Positions 7,488 through 18,288 of a stretch of DNA of 32,000 nt are shown here, one piece after another; the first letter of the stretch is position 1; each line of letters begins with the position of its first letter. The DNA is from Phycisphaerales bacterium (lineage in GTDB: Bacteria > Planctomycetota > Phycisphaerae > Phycisphaerales > UBA1924): positions 416,627 to 448,626 of the forward strand of contig JBFXBS010000001.1 in NCBI GenBank assembly GCA_050182995.1, read 5' to 3'. The notes under the pieces are model-generated. The model saw nothing but the letters and a program-made list of their open reading frames with translations, did not search any database and had not been told where the DNA came from. Made by a program: the position numbers and the translations under genes.

Positions 7488-9080
7488 ATGCTTGTCTGGC
7501 CCTGGCTCATCTTCCTCTGCTTCATCCTCGCGCTGATTGTGCTGGATCTGGGCGTGCTCACGCGCCGCCCGCGACAGGCGACACCGTCGGAGTCGCTCCT
7601 CTCGGTGCTCCTGTGGGTGTCTGCGGCGGCGCTTTCGTCGCTGGCGATCTTCCGCCTCTACGAGGCACGCCTGTTCGGGTACGCGGGCGCGCTGGGGATC
7701 TCGGGGACGATCGCCAAGGCGGGTGATGCGTGGCTGCAGTTCGTGACGGCGTACGTCATCGAGATCGCCCTGAGCATCGACAACATCGCGGTGCTGAGCG
7801 TGATCTTCGCGCACTACAAGCTGCGCCCGGCGTTCCGGGCGCGCATGCTGCTCTGGGTCGTGGTGATCTGCCTGCTCCTGCGGGCGGTGCTCATCGTGAT
7901 CGGCGCCGAGCTCATCAAGGTCTCGTGGATGCACTACGTCTTCGCGGGGGCGCTTCTGCTCGGCGCGGTGCGGGAGTTCCTCATCCCCCGGCCCGATGCG
8001 GATATCGGCGACAAGCCGCTCGTGCGGCTCACGAGGCGACTCCCCACGAGCCTGGCCGATCACGGGCAGAAGCTGGTGGCGCGTGAGCCCGGGCCGGACG
8101 GGCGCCGGCGCTGGGTGTTCACGCCGCTGATGATGGTCTTCATCGCTTCGGCGGCGGCGGACGTCTCGTTCGCGCTCGATTCGCTCCCGGCGGTGTTCAC
8201 GGTGACGCGCGACCCGTTCATTGCGTTCACCGCGAACGCCATGGCGATCCTCGCGCTGCGCTCGCTGTACATCCTGGTCGCGCCGCACATCTCGCGCTTC
8301 CGCTACATGAAGCTCTGCCTCACGGTCATCCTCGTGTTCCTGGCGGCGCGCATGGCGCTCACGGTGGACGACCGGCTCCCCACGGGCACGTCGCTGGTGT
8401 TTGTGCTGAGCGTGCTCGTCGTCGGGGTGGGAATCTCCGTGATTCATGAACGCCGCGCTCCGCGCCTGCCCGGCGCGGCGCCCTCGCCGGCCCGCCCGAC
8501 GCCCCTTGAGGACGTGGTCGAAGCCGCCGCCATCGCGCGGCGCAACGTTTGGAAGATCTGGATTCTGATCGCCGGGACGAGCGTCATCCTCGCGGGCATC
8601 GCCATCGCGCCGCTGCCCGGGCCGGGCCCGATGGTGCTCGTGCCGGCGGGGCTGGTCATTCTGGCGACGGAGTTCGTGTGGGCACAGCGCCTGCTCAAGG
8701 TCTTCAAGGAGCGGAGCCTTCAACTGGCCGAGCAGGGCGATCGAGTGGGAGAGCTTTTTCCGAAGTGGGTCCTGATCCCCATCGTGATCGCGTATTACGG
8801 CGCGTTTGCATTCTGGCTCGTGAACTCTGAAAGCAGCGGCTTGCGCCTGTTCATCAACTGCACGTGCCTGGGGCTCTCGTTCCCGTTTGTCGGGTGGGTG
8901 ATTCGCACGGCGAAGATCAACGTCGGCCCGCTCAATCGCCTGGTGTATGCCAAGCGCGCCAGGCCCGGAGCCGCCGTGCCCGGCCCTGGAGAACCCGTGG
9001 CTGGCACGGACGACTCGGCACGACCGGAGCACCCGCGGAAAATGTCGTCTCCGGGCAGTAATCCGCGTGGCGAAGGTTGA
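7488..9080 (+). CDS. TerC-family integral membrane protein fused to a C-terminal PGPGW-like transmembrane domain
   Basis: The N-terminal ~315 aa carry TerC hallmarks: WLIFLCFILALIVLDLGVL, VTAYVIEIALSIDNIAVLSVIF, DVSFALDSLPAVFTVTRDPFIAFTANAMAILALRSLY. The C-terminal ~200 aa read WKIWILIAGTSVILAGIAIAPLPGPGPMVLVPAGLVILATEFVWAQRLL, which resembles the PGPGW (PF09656-type) motif. There is no in-frame stop between the two parts. The gene starts 43 nt after the glyQS stop, with no terminator in between. Confidence 0.8.
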   Translation: MLVWPWLIFLCFILALIVLDLGVLTRRPRQATPSESLLSVLLWVSAAALSSLAIFRLYEARLFGYAGALGISGTIAKAGDAWLQFVTAYVIEIALSIDNIAVLSVIFAHYKLRPAFRARMLLWVVVICLLLRAVLIVIGAELIKVSWMHYVFAGALLLGAVREFLIPRPDADIGDKPLVRLTRRLPTSLADHGQKLVAREPGPDGRRRWVFTPLMMVFIASAAADVSFALDSLPAVFTVTRDPFIAFTANAMAILALRSLYILVAPHISRFRYMKLCLTVILVFLAARMALTVDDRLPTGTSLVFVLSVLVVGVGISVIHERRAPRLPGAAPSPARPTPLEDVVEAAAIARRNVWKIWILIAGTSVILAGIAIAPLPGPGPMVLVPAGLVILATEFVWAQRLLKVFKERSLQLAEQGDRVGELFPKWVLIPIVIAYYGAFAFWLVNSESSGLRLFINCTCLGLSFPFVGWVIRTAKINVGPLNRLVYAKRARPGAAVPGPGEPVAGTDDSARPEHPRKMSSPGSNPRGEG

Positions 9081-9117
9081 CCCGGGGGGCCGGTCGACGA
9101 ATCATCCGCCCGACACC

Positions 9118-9236
9118 CTCCCTGGGGAGTAGCCGCCCGGCGTGTGCCGGGAGCCCCGGATCGTCAACACGGGTCGCTCGAAAGCGAGTTGCCCCGGTCC
9201 GAGGCCGCGGACGTCCGCGAGAGCAAGACCAGCGTC
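9118..9236 (+). promoter_or_regulatory. yybP-ykoY family (Mn2+-sensing) riboswitch-like leader upstream of the second TerC gene
   Basis: Contains the two signature strings of the family at the expected spacing: CUGGGGAGUAGCC (9122-9134) and GAGAGCAAGACCAG (9219-9232). CUGG (9122-9125) pairs with CCAG (9229-9232) to form P1. Internal hairpins: CCCGGC-GUGU-GCCGGG (9136-9151) and the palindrome CGCGGACGUCCGCG (9206-9219). A GUCGUCAAC-like segment sits at 9161-9169. The downstream gene is TerC/Alx, the canonical regulated gene class. Confidence 0.75.
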
Positions 9237-9298
9237 CGATTCGCCGCCGTTTGAGGATGGCGCCGCGGATCACGCCTGCGTTTGCTCCGGGAGCCGCC

Positions 9299-10534
9299 AT
9301 GACCAGTGTTTTGCTTGCCGCCGGAAGCCTTGTCGATGTCGCTCCTGAGAGCGGAAAGGTTTGGGCCTTTGCCGGGTTCACGGGCCTGGTGCTCATCTTT
9401 CTGGCCCTCGACCTGGGCGTCTTTCATCGAGAGGCGCATGTCGTGTCATTCAAGGAAGCCCTGACCTGGTCGATCGTGTGGGTGCTCCTCGGGACGCTCT
9501 TCGCCGGCTTTGTGTACTTTGCCTACGAGCGGCACTGGCTCGGGCTGGGCCTGAACACGCCGATGTACATCTCCGGCGAAACGGCCGCGAGCGTGGTCGA
9601 TCCTCGCGCCTCGATCACGATGGGCGAAGTGCGCGGGTCAGAGGCCGCGGAGCAGTATCTCACCGGCTACATCGTCGAGAAGTCACTGGCGATGGACAAC
9701 ATCTTCGTGATCAGCATCATCTTCGGGTTCTTCGCTGTGCCGGCGAAGTATCAGCATCGGGTGCTGTTCTGGGGGATTCTCGGCGCGCTCGTGATGCGCG
9801 GCGCAATGATCCTGCTCGGCTCGCAGCTCATCCTGAAATATCAATGGGTGCTGATCATCTTCGGCGTCTTCCTCGTGCTCACGGCACTGAAAATGGCGCT
9901 CATCAAGGGCCACGACGACCCTGCGCAGAATATCGCGGTGCGGTTTGTCAAGCGGTTTCTGCCCGCCGTGGATTTCTACGACGGGCAGAAATTCTTCACG
10001 CGCCGAACCATCGCCCCGACCTATTCGCACGACCCTGAAACCGGCACCCACACTCAGGACCCGCCGCCGCCGGGCACGCTCTCGGCCCGCTGGGCCATCA
10101 CGCCGCTCTTCCTGGCGCTGCTCTTGGTGGAGATCACTGACCTGGTGTTCGCGGTGGACTCGATCCCGGCGATCTTCGCGATTACGCCCGACCCGTTCAT
10201 TGTGTACACGAGCAACATTTTCGCCATCCTCGGCCTGCGATCACTGTACTTCTGCCTCGCGGCGCTCATTCGCAGGTTCAGGTTCCTCAAGCCCGCGCTC
10301 ATCCTCATTCTCGCGTTCGTGGGCGTAAAGCTCCTGCTCCTGAGCGTGCCGCCGTATCTGGACACGATCGGCTCGTGGATCGGCGCTGCCTGGCAGCCCG
10401 GCTCGCCGATCAAGATTGACACGCTCGTGTCCCTGCTCGCCGTGGTCGGCACGCTCACCTTTGCCGTGGTGCTTTCGATCGTCCTTCCCGGATCAGGCGC
10501 CTCACCATCTCCCGCACGATCGGAGGCTGAATGA
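9299..10534 (+). CDS. TerC/Alx-family integral membrane protein
   Basis: The ATG at 9299 has GGGAG at 9289-9293; an alternative ATG lies at 9257. Motifs: FTGLVLIFLALDLGVFHREAH, YLTGYIVEKSLAMDNIFVISIIF, HRVLFWGILGALVMRGAMI, EITDLVFAVDSIPAIFAITPDPFIVYTSNIFAILGLRSLYF. The ORF-track N-terminal extension from 9077 is Arg/Pro-rich and overlaps the riboswitch-like element, so I did not accept it. Confidence 0.88.
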   Translation: MTSVLLAAGSLVDVAPESGKVWAFAGFTGLVLIFLALDLGVFHREAHVVSFKEALTWSIVWVLLGTLFAGFVYFAYERHWLGLGLNTPMYISGETAASVVDPRASITMGEVRGSEAAEQYLTGYIVEKSLAMDNIFVISIIFGFFAVPAKYQHRVLFWGILGALVMRGAMILLGSQLILKYQWVLIIFGVFLVLTALKMALIKGHDDPAQNIAVRFVKRFLPAVDFYDGQKFFTRRTIAPTYSHDPETGTHTQDPPPPGTLSARWAITPLFLALLLVEITDLVFAVDSIPAIFAITPDPFIVYTSNIFAILGLRSLYFCLAALIRRFRFLKPALILILAFVGVKLLLLSVPPYLDTIGSWIGAAWQPGSPIKIDTLVSLLAVVGTLTFAVVLSIVLPGSGASPSPARSEAE

Positions 10535-11622
10535 CCTTCTGGCTGTGGACCGGATTCCTCGCGCTGGTGGCGGCGATTCTGTACGTCGACCTGGGCGTGC
10601 TGCACAAGCACAGTCACCGAATCACCCCGGGCAAGGCGCTGCGCAACACGGGCGTCTTCGTGCTCATGGCGCTCTCGTTCGCCGTCGCGATCTTTGTCAT
10701 CTACGAGAATCAATGGATGGGGGCCGAGCGGCTCTCCTTTGCCGGGAAGCCCCTGACGGGCGCGACCGCGACGATCGAGTATCTCTCGGTCTGGCTGCTT
10801 GAGTACATGCTGAGCGTCGACAACCTGTTCGTGTTCACGCTGGTCTTTGCGCACTTCTCCGTGCCCCAGCAGCACCAGCACCGCGTGCTCTTCTGGGGCA
10901 TCCTCGGCGCCCTGATTCTCCGCGGTGCGATGATCGGCGCGGGCTCCGCGCTCGTCGCCGCCTTTCACTGGGTGCTCTACATCTTCGGCGCCATTCTCAT
11001 CTTCACCGCCATCAAGATGCTCGTGAGCGGCGACGGGCACTTCGACCCCGCCAGGAGCTTCACCCTGCGGATCGCCCGGCGGCTCTTTCCGATCACGGGC
11101 GAACTCCACGGCGAGCGGTTCTTCGTTCGGCAGATCGTCGATCATCGCCGCGTGCTCATGGCCACGCCGCTGCTGCTCGTGCTGCTCGTCGTCGAGGCGA
11201 CCGACGTGGTCTTCGCGATCGACTCGATCCCCGTGGCGTTCGGACAGACCAGAGAACCCTTCATCATCTTCACGAGCAACGTCTTTGCCATCATGGGGCT
11301 GCGATCGCTCTACTTCGCGCTCGCCGGCCTCATGGGCATGTTCAAGTACCTCAAGGTCAGCCTGTCGATGATCCTGGTGTTCGTGGGCGTGAAGATGATC
11401 ATCGAGCATCCGGTCGAAGCCATCCCGCTCTCGAAGATCCCGGGTCTCGGGCTCAGCGACTGGCAGATCGGGTTCGCGGGGATCGACGTCTCCGCCGGCG
11501 TGTCGCTCGGCGTGATCGTCTCGGCGCTCGCCGTGGGCGTGATCGCCTCGATCATGTCGCGTCGCGCGGCACTGGAGCGCGAGAAGAAGGCCCCGGACGA
11601 CCAGGCGAGCCCGCCGTCATGA
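10531..11622 (+). CDS. TerC/Alx-family integral membrane protein (third tandem copy)
   Basis: The ATG at 10531 overlaps the previous stop (ATGA, 4-nt overlap). Motifs: FLALVAAILYVDLGVLHKHSH, YLSVWLLEYMLSVDNLFVFTLVF, HRVLFWGILGALILRGAMI, EATDVVFAIDSIPVAFGQTREPFIIFTSNVFAIMGLRSLYF. Confidence 0.9.
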   Translation: MTFWLWTGFLALVAAILYVDLGVLHKHSHRITPGKALRNTGVFVLMALSFAVAIFVIYENQWMGAERLSFAGKPLTGATATIEYLSVWLLEYMLSVDNLFVFTLVFAHFSVPQQHQHRVLFWGILGALILRGAMIGAGSALVAAFHWVLYIFGAILIFTAIKMLVSGDGHFDPARSFTLRIARRLFPITGELHGERFFVRQIVDHRRVLMATPLLLVLLVVEATDVVFAIDSIPVAFGQTREPFIIFTSNVFAIMGLRSLYFALAGLMGMFKYLKVSLSMILVFVGVKMIIEHPVEAIPLSKIPGLGLSDWQIGFAGIDVSAGVSLGVIVSALAVGVIASIMSRRAALEREKKAPDDQASPPS

Positions 11623-11655
11623 GCGTATTAACCTGGCCCGCCGTGGGGATGAAGC

Positions 11656-12657
11656 GTGCACTTCGCGCGCCGGGGCATGCCGAGTATGCTCGGGCTCATG
11701 CCCGAGCGCCAGGCTGAAACCGTCGAAGTCGCCCCGCGTGTCGACAGGCGAGTCGCGCTGGCGATCCTCGCCGCGGGGGCGTTCTTCGGCATGACCGCTT
11801 GGCTCGCGGGCGCGGTGCCGCTGGCGCTCATGCTCGGCGTCGCGAGCGCGTGCGCGGCCCAGGGCTGGTGGCGCGGCGGCGGCGAAGTCGCCGGGCTCCT
11901 CGCCGGCACGCTGCTCGCCGTGTTCTTCGCGCCGTGGCTCGGACCGATCCTCGACAAGCCCGTCGCCGTGGTCCTCGGCACCAAGGCGCTTCAGACCCGC
12001 GTGTTCAGCATCTCGGTCACGTTTGTCATCATCACGCTCGGCGTCGCCGTCGCCGCGAGCTTCGGCACGCGCCGGCTCGTTCGCAGCGAGCCGCTTCTCC
12101 ATCGCTGGAACCACGCCCTGGGCGCGGGGATCGGCCTGATCGAAGGCTCGATCCTCGCCATGTGCGTGCTCTGGGTGCCGCTGGCGCTCGCGCCGATCGC
12201 CGGCGCCCGGCTCGCCTCCGGTGAAGAGCACGCCCCCTCGCAGGCGGTTGTCGACTTTGCCCGGCAGGTGCGCGAGTCGTCGCTCGGAACGCTCGCCGAG
12301 CGCACGTCGCCCCTGCACGGGTCGGAACTGCTCGCCATGGCCGAGGATTTCGCCATCGTCTCGCGCAGCCCGAAGGCGATGGCGTTCTTCACCGAGCAGC
12401 CGGTGATGAAGAGGCTCAAGGAGATGCCCAGCGTCGTGGAGGCGCTCGAACGCCTCAAGCAGGACCCCGAGCTCAACGGGCGCTTCAGCCAGTCAAGCGC
12501 CGTCCCGGCAGAGACCCTCTTTGCGATCATGCGAAGCGATGTGGTCCTAGACATCCTCGACCACAGCCCGATCGTGAGCGACCTGCGCCCGATGCTGCGC
12601 GACATCCGCGAAGCGCTGCGGGCGGCGAAGGACGAGGCGATGAGGGGTGGAACGTAG
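11656..12657 (+). CDS. CvpA-family membrane protein with a C-terminal soluble extension
   Basis: Four predicted TM segments, plus the CvpA-like motif HRWNHALGAGIGLIEGSILAMCVLWV (compare E. coli CvpA DRVLGVCFGALRGVLIV). The start is uncertain: GTG at 11656, or in-frame ATGs at 11677, 11686 or 11698. Confidence 0.55.
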   Translation: MHFARRGMPSMLGLMPERQAETVEVAPRVDRRVALAILAAGAFFGMTAWLAGAVPLALMLGVASACAAQGWWRGGGEVAGLLAGTLLAVFFAPWLGPILDKPVAVVLGTKALQTRVFSISVTFVIITLGVAVAASFGTRRLVRSEPLLHRWNHALGAGIGLIEGSILAMCVLWVPLALAPIAGARLASGEEHAPSQAVVDFARQVRESSLGTLAERTSPLHGSELLAMAEDFAIVSRSPKAMAFFTEQPVMKRLKEMPSVVEALERLKQDPELNGRFSQSSAVPAETLFAIMRSDVVLDILDHSPIVSDLRPMLRDIREALRAAKDEAMRGGT

Positions 12658-12672
12658 CGCCGATCCGCTACG
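12653..12672. other. Hairpin spanning both convergent stop codons (cvpA-like TAG and tag CTA)
   Basis: CGTAGCG (12653-12659), loop CCGATC, CGCTACG (12666-12672): a perfect 7-bp stem. It has no U-tract, so it is not a classical terminator. Confidence 0.4.
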
Positions 12673-13288
12673 AGGTCGCCGCCCGCGTTCTTGCCCCGCG
12701 CACCGCTCTCCCCCTCGGGCAACTCGCCAGGTGGTCGTTCACAAGACCCGTTGCCTGCATGAAGGCGTACATGATCGTGGTGCCCACGAAGCGGAAGCCG
12801 CGCTTGGACAGGTCCTTGCTCAGCGCGTCGGACTCCGCGGTCGACGCGGGCACCTCCGACATGGACCTCCTCCGGTGCACGAGCGGCGACCCGCCGACGA
12901 ACCGCCAGACATACGCATCGAACGAGCCAAACTCGTCCTGAATCAGCAGGAACGCCTTGGCGTTCGAGACCGAGGACTCGATCTTCAGCCGGTTCCTCAC
13001 GATTGGCCCCCCGGGAAACTGCGCGAGCTCGCGGGCCCGCGGCTGGTCGGCGAGCAGCGCCGCCATCTTGCGGCGGTCGTACCGGGCCACGATCCGCGGA
13101 TCGAATCCGTCGTACACCGCTCGATACCGCTCACGCTTGCGCAGGATCGTCTCCCAGCTCAGACCCGCCTGAGCGCCTTCGAGAACCAGGAACTCAAAGA
13201 ACACGCGATCGTCATGCACGGGCACGCCCCACTCCCGGTCGTGGTACGCCTTTGAGAGCTCGGACAAAGCCCATGGACATCGCGGCAT
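12668..13288 (-). CDS. tag: DNA-3-methyladenine glycosylase I
   Basis: Motifs: MPRCPWALSELSKAYHDREWGVPVHDDRVFFEFLVLEGAQAGLSWETILRKRERYR...IVRNRLKIESSVSNAKAFL...FVGTTIMYAFMQATGLVNDH. Start is the ATG at 13288-13286. The ORF-track extension to 13402 only translates the G-rich tract (GGWGGEGEGEGAGG). Confidence 0.9.
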   Translation of the reverse strand: MPRCPWALSELSKAYHDREWGVPVHDDRVFFEFLVLEGAQAGLSWETILRKRERYRAVYDGFDPRIVARYDRRKMAALLADQPRARELAQFPGGPIVRNRLKIESSVSNAKAFLLIQDEFGSFDAYVWRFVGGSPLVHRRRSMSEVPASTAESDALSKDLSKRGFRFVGTTIMYAFMQATGLVNDHLASCPRGRAVRGARTRAATS

Positions 13289-13334
13289 GCGTCGAGCGTA
13301 CGAGGATTGCCACCACGACCCCACCGCCGCCCTA

Positions 13335-13382
13335 CCCCCAGCCCCCTCCCCCTCCCCCTCCCCCCCCCAACCCCCAACCCCC
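13335..13382. repeat. Poly-C-run tract (seven C5-C9 runs); the opposite strand is G-quadruplex-capable
   Basis: The + strand reads CCCCCAGCCCCCTCCCCCTCCCCCTCCCCCCCCCAACCCCCAACCCCC. C runs are at 13335-39, 13342-46, 13348-52, 13354-58, 13360-68, 13371-75 and 13378-82. The tract lies between the divergent tag (start 13288) and metH (start 13489), immediately 5' of a TATACT hexamer (13393-13398). Confidence 0.9.
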
Positions 13383-13488
13383 GGCAAGCCGCTATACTCC
13401 ATCCGTCCATCCGCACAAACGGATGAAGTCGATGCACGGGGACACCGTCCGGCTTCGCTTCGCTCAGGCTCTGCCTAGAAAAGCACCC

Positions 13489-17143
<3,655 letters not shown>

Positions 17144-17154
<11 letters not shown>

Positions 17155-18088
17155 ACATCGACCCGCGTTCACGCACGGTCGGGCCGTCGATCGGCGCGAC
17201 GTCCGCAGACTTTGCAAAGCCCGGCAGGAGCAACTGGTCGGCGTCATCGGCGAATGACAGGCTTCCGCCCTGCAGCTCGCGCTGGCGCTCGACCAGGGCG
17301 ATCCCGTCGACAATCTGCATCGTTCCGTCGTCGTGCTCGACGAGCGCCGTGCCCGATTCAACCCAGTCGCCGCAGTTGAAGTAATCGGGCAGGCCGCTCG
17401 CGCCGCGGCGGATCTCGGCCTTGTGGATGTGCCCGCAGACGACTCCGTCGACGCCGCGTTCGCGGGCGATCTTCTCGATCGCCGACTCGAACCGGGCGAT
17501 GTGCTTGCACGCGGACTTGACCTTGAGCTTGATGGCGTGAGAGAGCGACCAGTACGGCTTGCCGCGCAGGCGCCGATAGCGGTTATACCAGCGGCTGACG
17601 TGGACGAGCCTGTCATACGCCGCTCCGCCGATCACGGAGAGGAGGCGCGCGTGCTTGACGATCAGATCGACCTCGTCGCCGTGCATGACGAGCAGGCGCT
17701 GCCGATCAGCGGTCGTGTGAATGGCCTCGCGCTGCAGCACGATGCCGCCGAAGTTCAAGCCTTCATACTGGCGGGCCGCGTCGTCGTGATTTCCCGGGAT
17801 GTAGACGACCCTCGTCCCCTTCTGCGCCATCTTGAGCACGCGGCGTGCGAACCGGTGATGGCAATCGGGCCAGCGCCAGCGCGACTTGAGGCGCCACATG
17901 TCCACGATGTCGCCGACGAGGTAGAGCGTGTCGCATTCAACGGCCTTGAGGAAGTCCGCCGCCTGCTCCGCCATCGACGTGCCGCTGCCCAGGTGCAGAT
18001 CGCTCAGGAAGACTGACCGGTATGTGAGCTTGAGGTGCCTCAAGGCGAACTCCTGAGCGATTCGACCGCCGGCGCCGAGCCACTGCAC
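17144..18088 (-). CDS. LpxH-like metallophosphoesterase, PlcP-type (candidate phosphate-starvation phospholipase C; pipelines often label it UDP-2,3-diacylglucosamine diphosphatase)
   Basis: Calcineurin-like phosphoesterase motifs: FLSDLHLG, LVGDIVDMW, IPGNHD, VMHGDEVD, VCGHIHKA, NCGDWVES. GTG start at 18088-18086. The 3' end overlaps the metH 3' end by 11 nt (convergent). The PlcP assignment is inferred from family resemblance plus btaAB adjacency. Confidence 0.7.
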
Positions 18089-18136
18089 ATTATCGACGCG
18101 GCCGATGGCCTGGGCGTTGGCGCGGGTGCGAGGAGT

Positions 18137-18152
18137 GCGTGAAGATTCACGC
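18137..18152. promoter_or_regulatory. Perfect 7-2-7 inverted repeat in the plcP-like/btaA divergent intergenic region (candidate operator)
   Basis: GCGTGAA-GA-TTCACGC at 18137-18152. A second palindrome, CCACGCGTGG, is at 18223-18232. Function unknown; GC-rich palindromes can arise by chance. Confidence 0.25.
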
Positions 18153-18288
18153 CCGTCTCGATCGCGAGTGAACCCGCGTGCTTCGCAGCGAACTTCGCGC
18201 GGCCTTCATGCGCCGCGACGAACCACGCGTGGGTGCATGAGGTACGCTCCGCCGCGATTGTTCCGCCATCTCAAGGAGTGCCCGCAGC

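Noticed and set aside
6396-9032. An 878-aa minus-strand ORF antisense to glyQS and TerC copy 1
   Set aside because: The translation is Arg/Asp/Glu/His/Pro-rich low complexity with no recognisable motif. It lies opposite genes with unmistakable family signatures. It is a typical high-GC antisense open frame.
13289-13402. An N-terminal extension of tag through the G-rich tract (GGWGGEGEGEGAGG)
   Set aside because: Tag-family proteins start at the M-x-R-C-x-W motif, which is found at 13288. The extension is simply the translated repeat tract.
13003-13488. An upstream extension of the metH ORF (also 9077-9298, 19350-19568, 22519-22791 and 24965-25039 for the downstream genes)
   Set aside because: The extensions overlap neighbouring genes or regulatory RNA, and they are Arg/Pro-rich. 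Homology-consistent N-termini with SD-like sequences exist at the internal ATGs.
13399-13488. A possible cobalamin or SAM riboswitch in the metH leader (hairpin CATCCGT...ACGGATG at about 13399-13425)
   Set aside because: The leader is only about 90 nt, with no B12-box-like sequence and no recognisable SAM-I/II/SAH core. The single hairpin is insufficient evidence. cmsearch with RF00174, RF00162, RF00521 and RF01057 would settle it.
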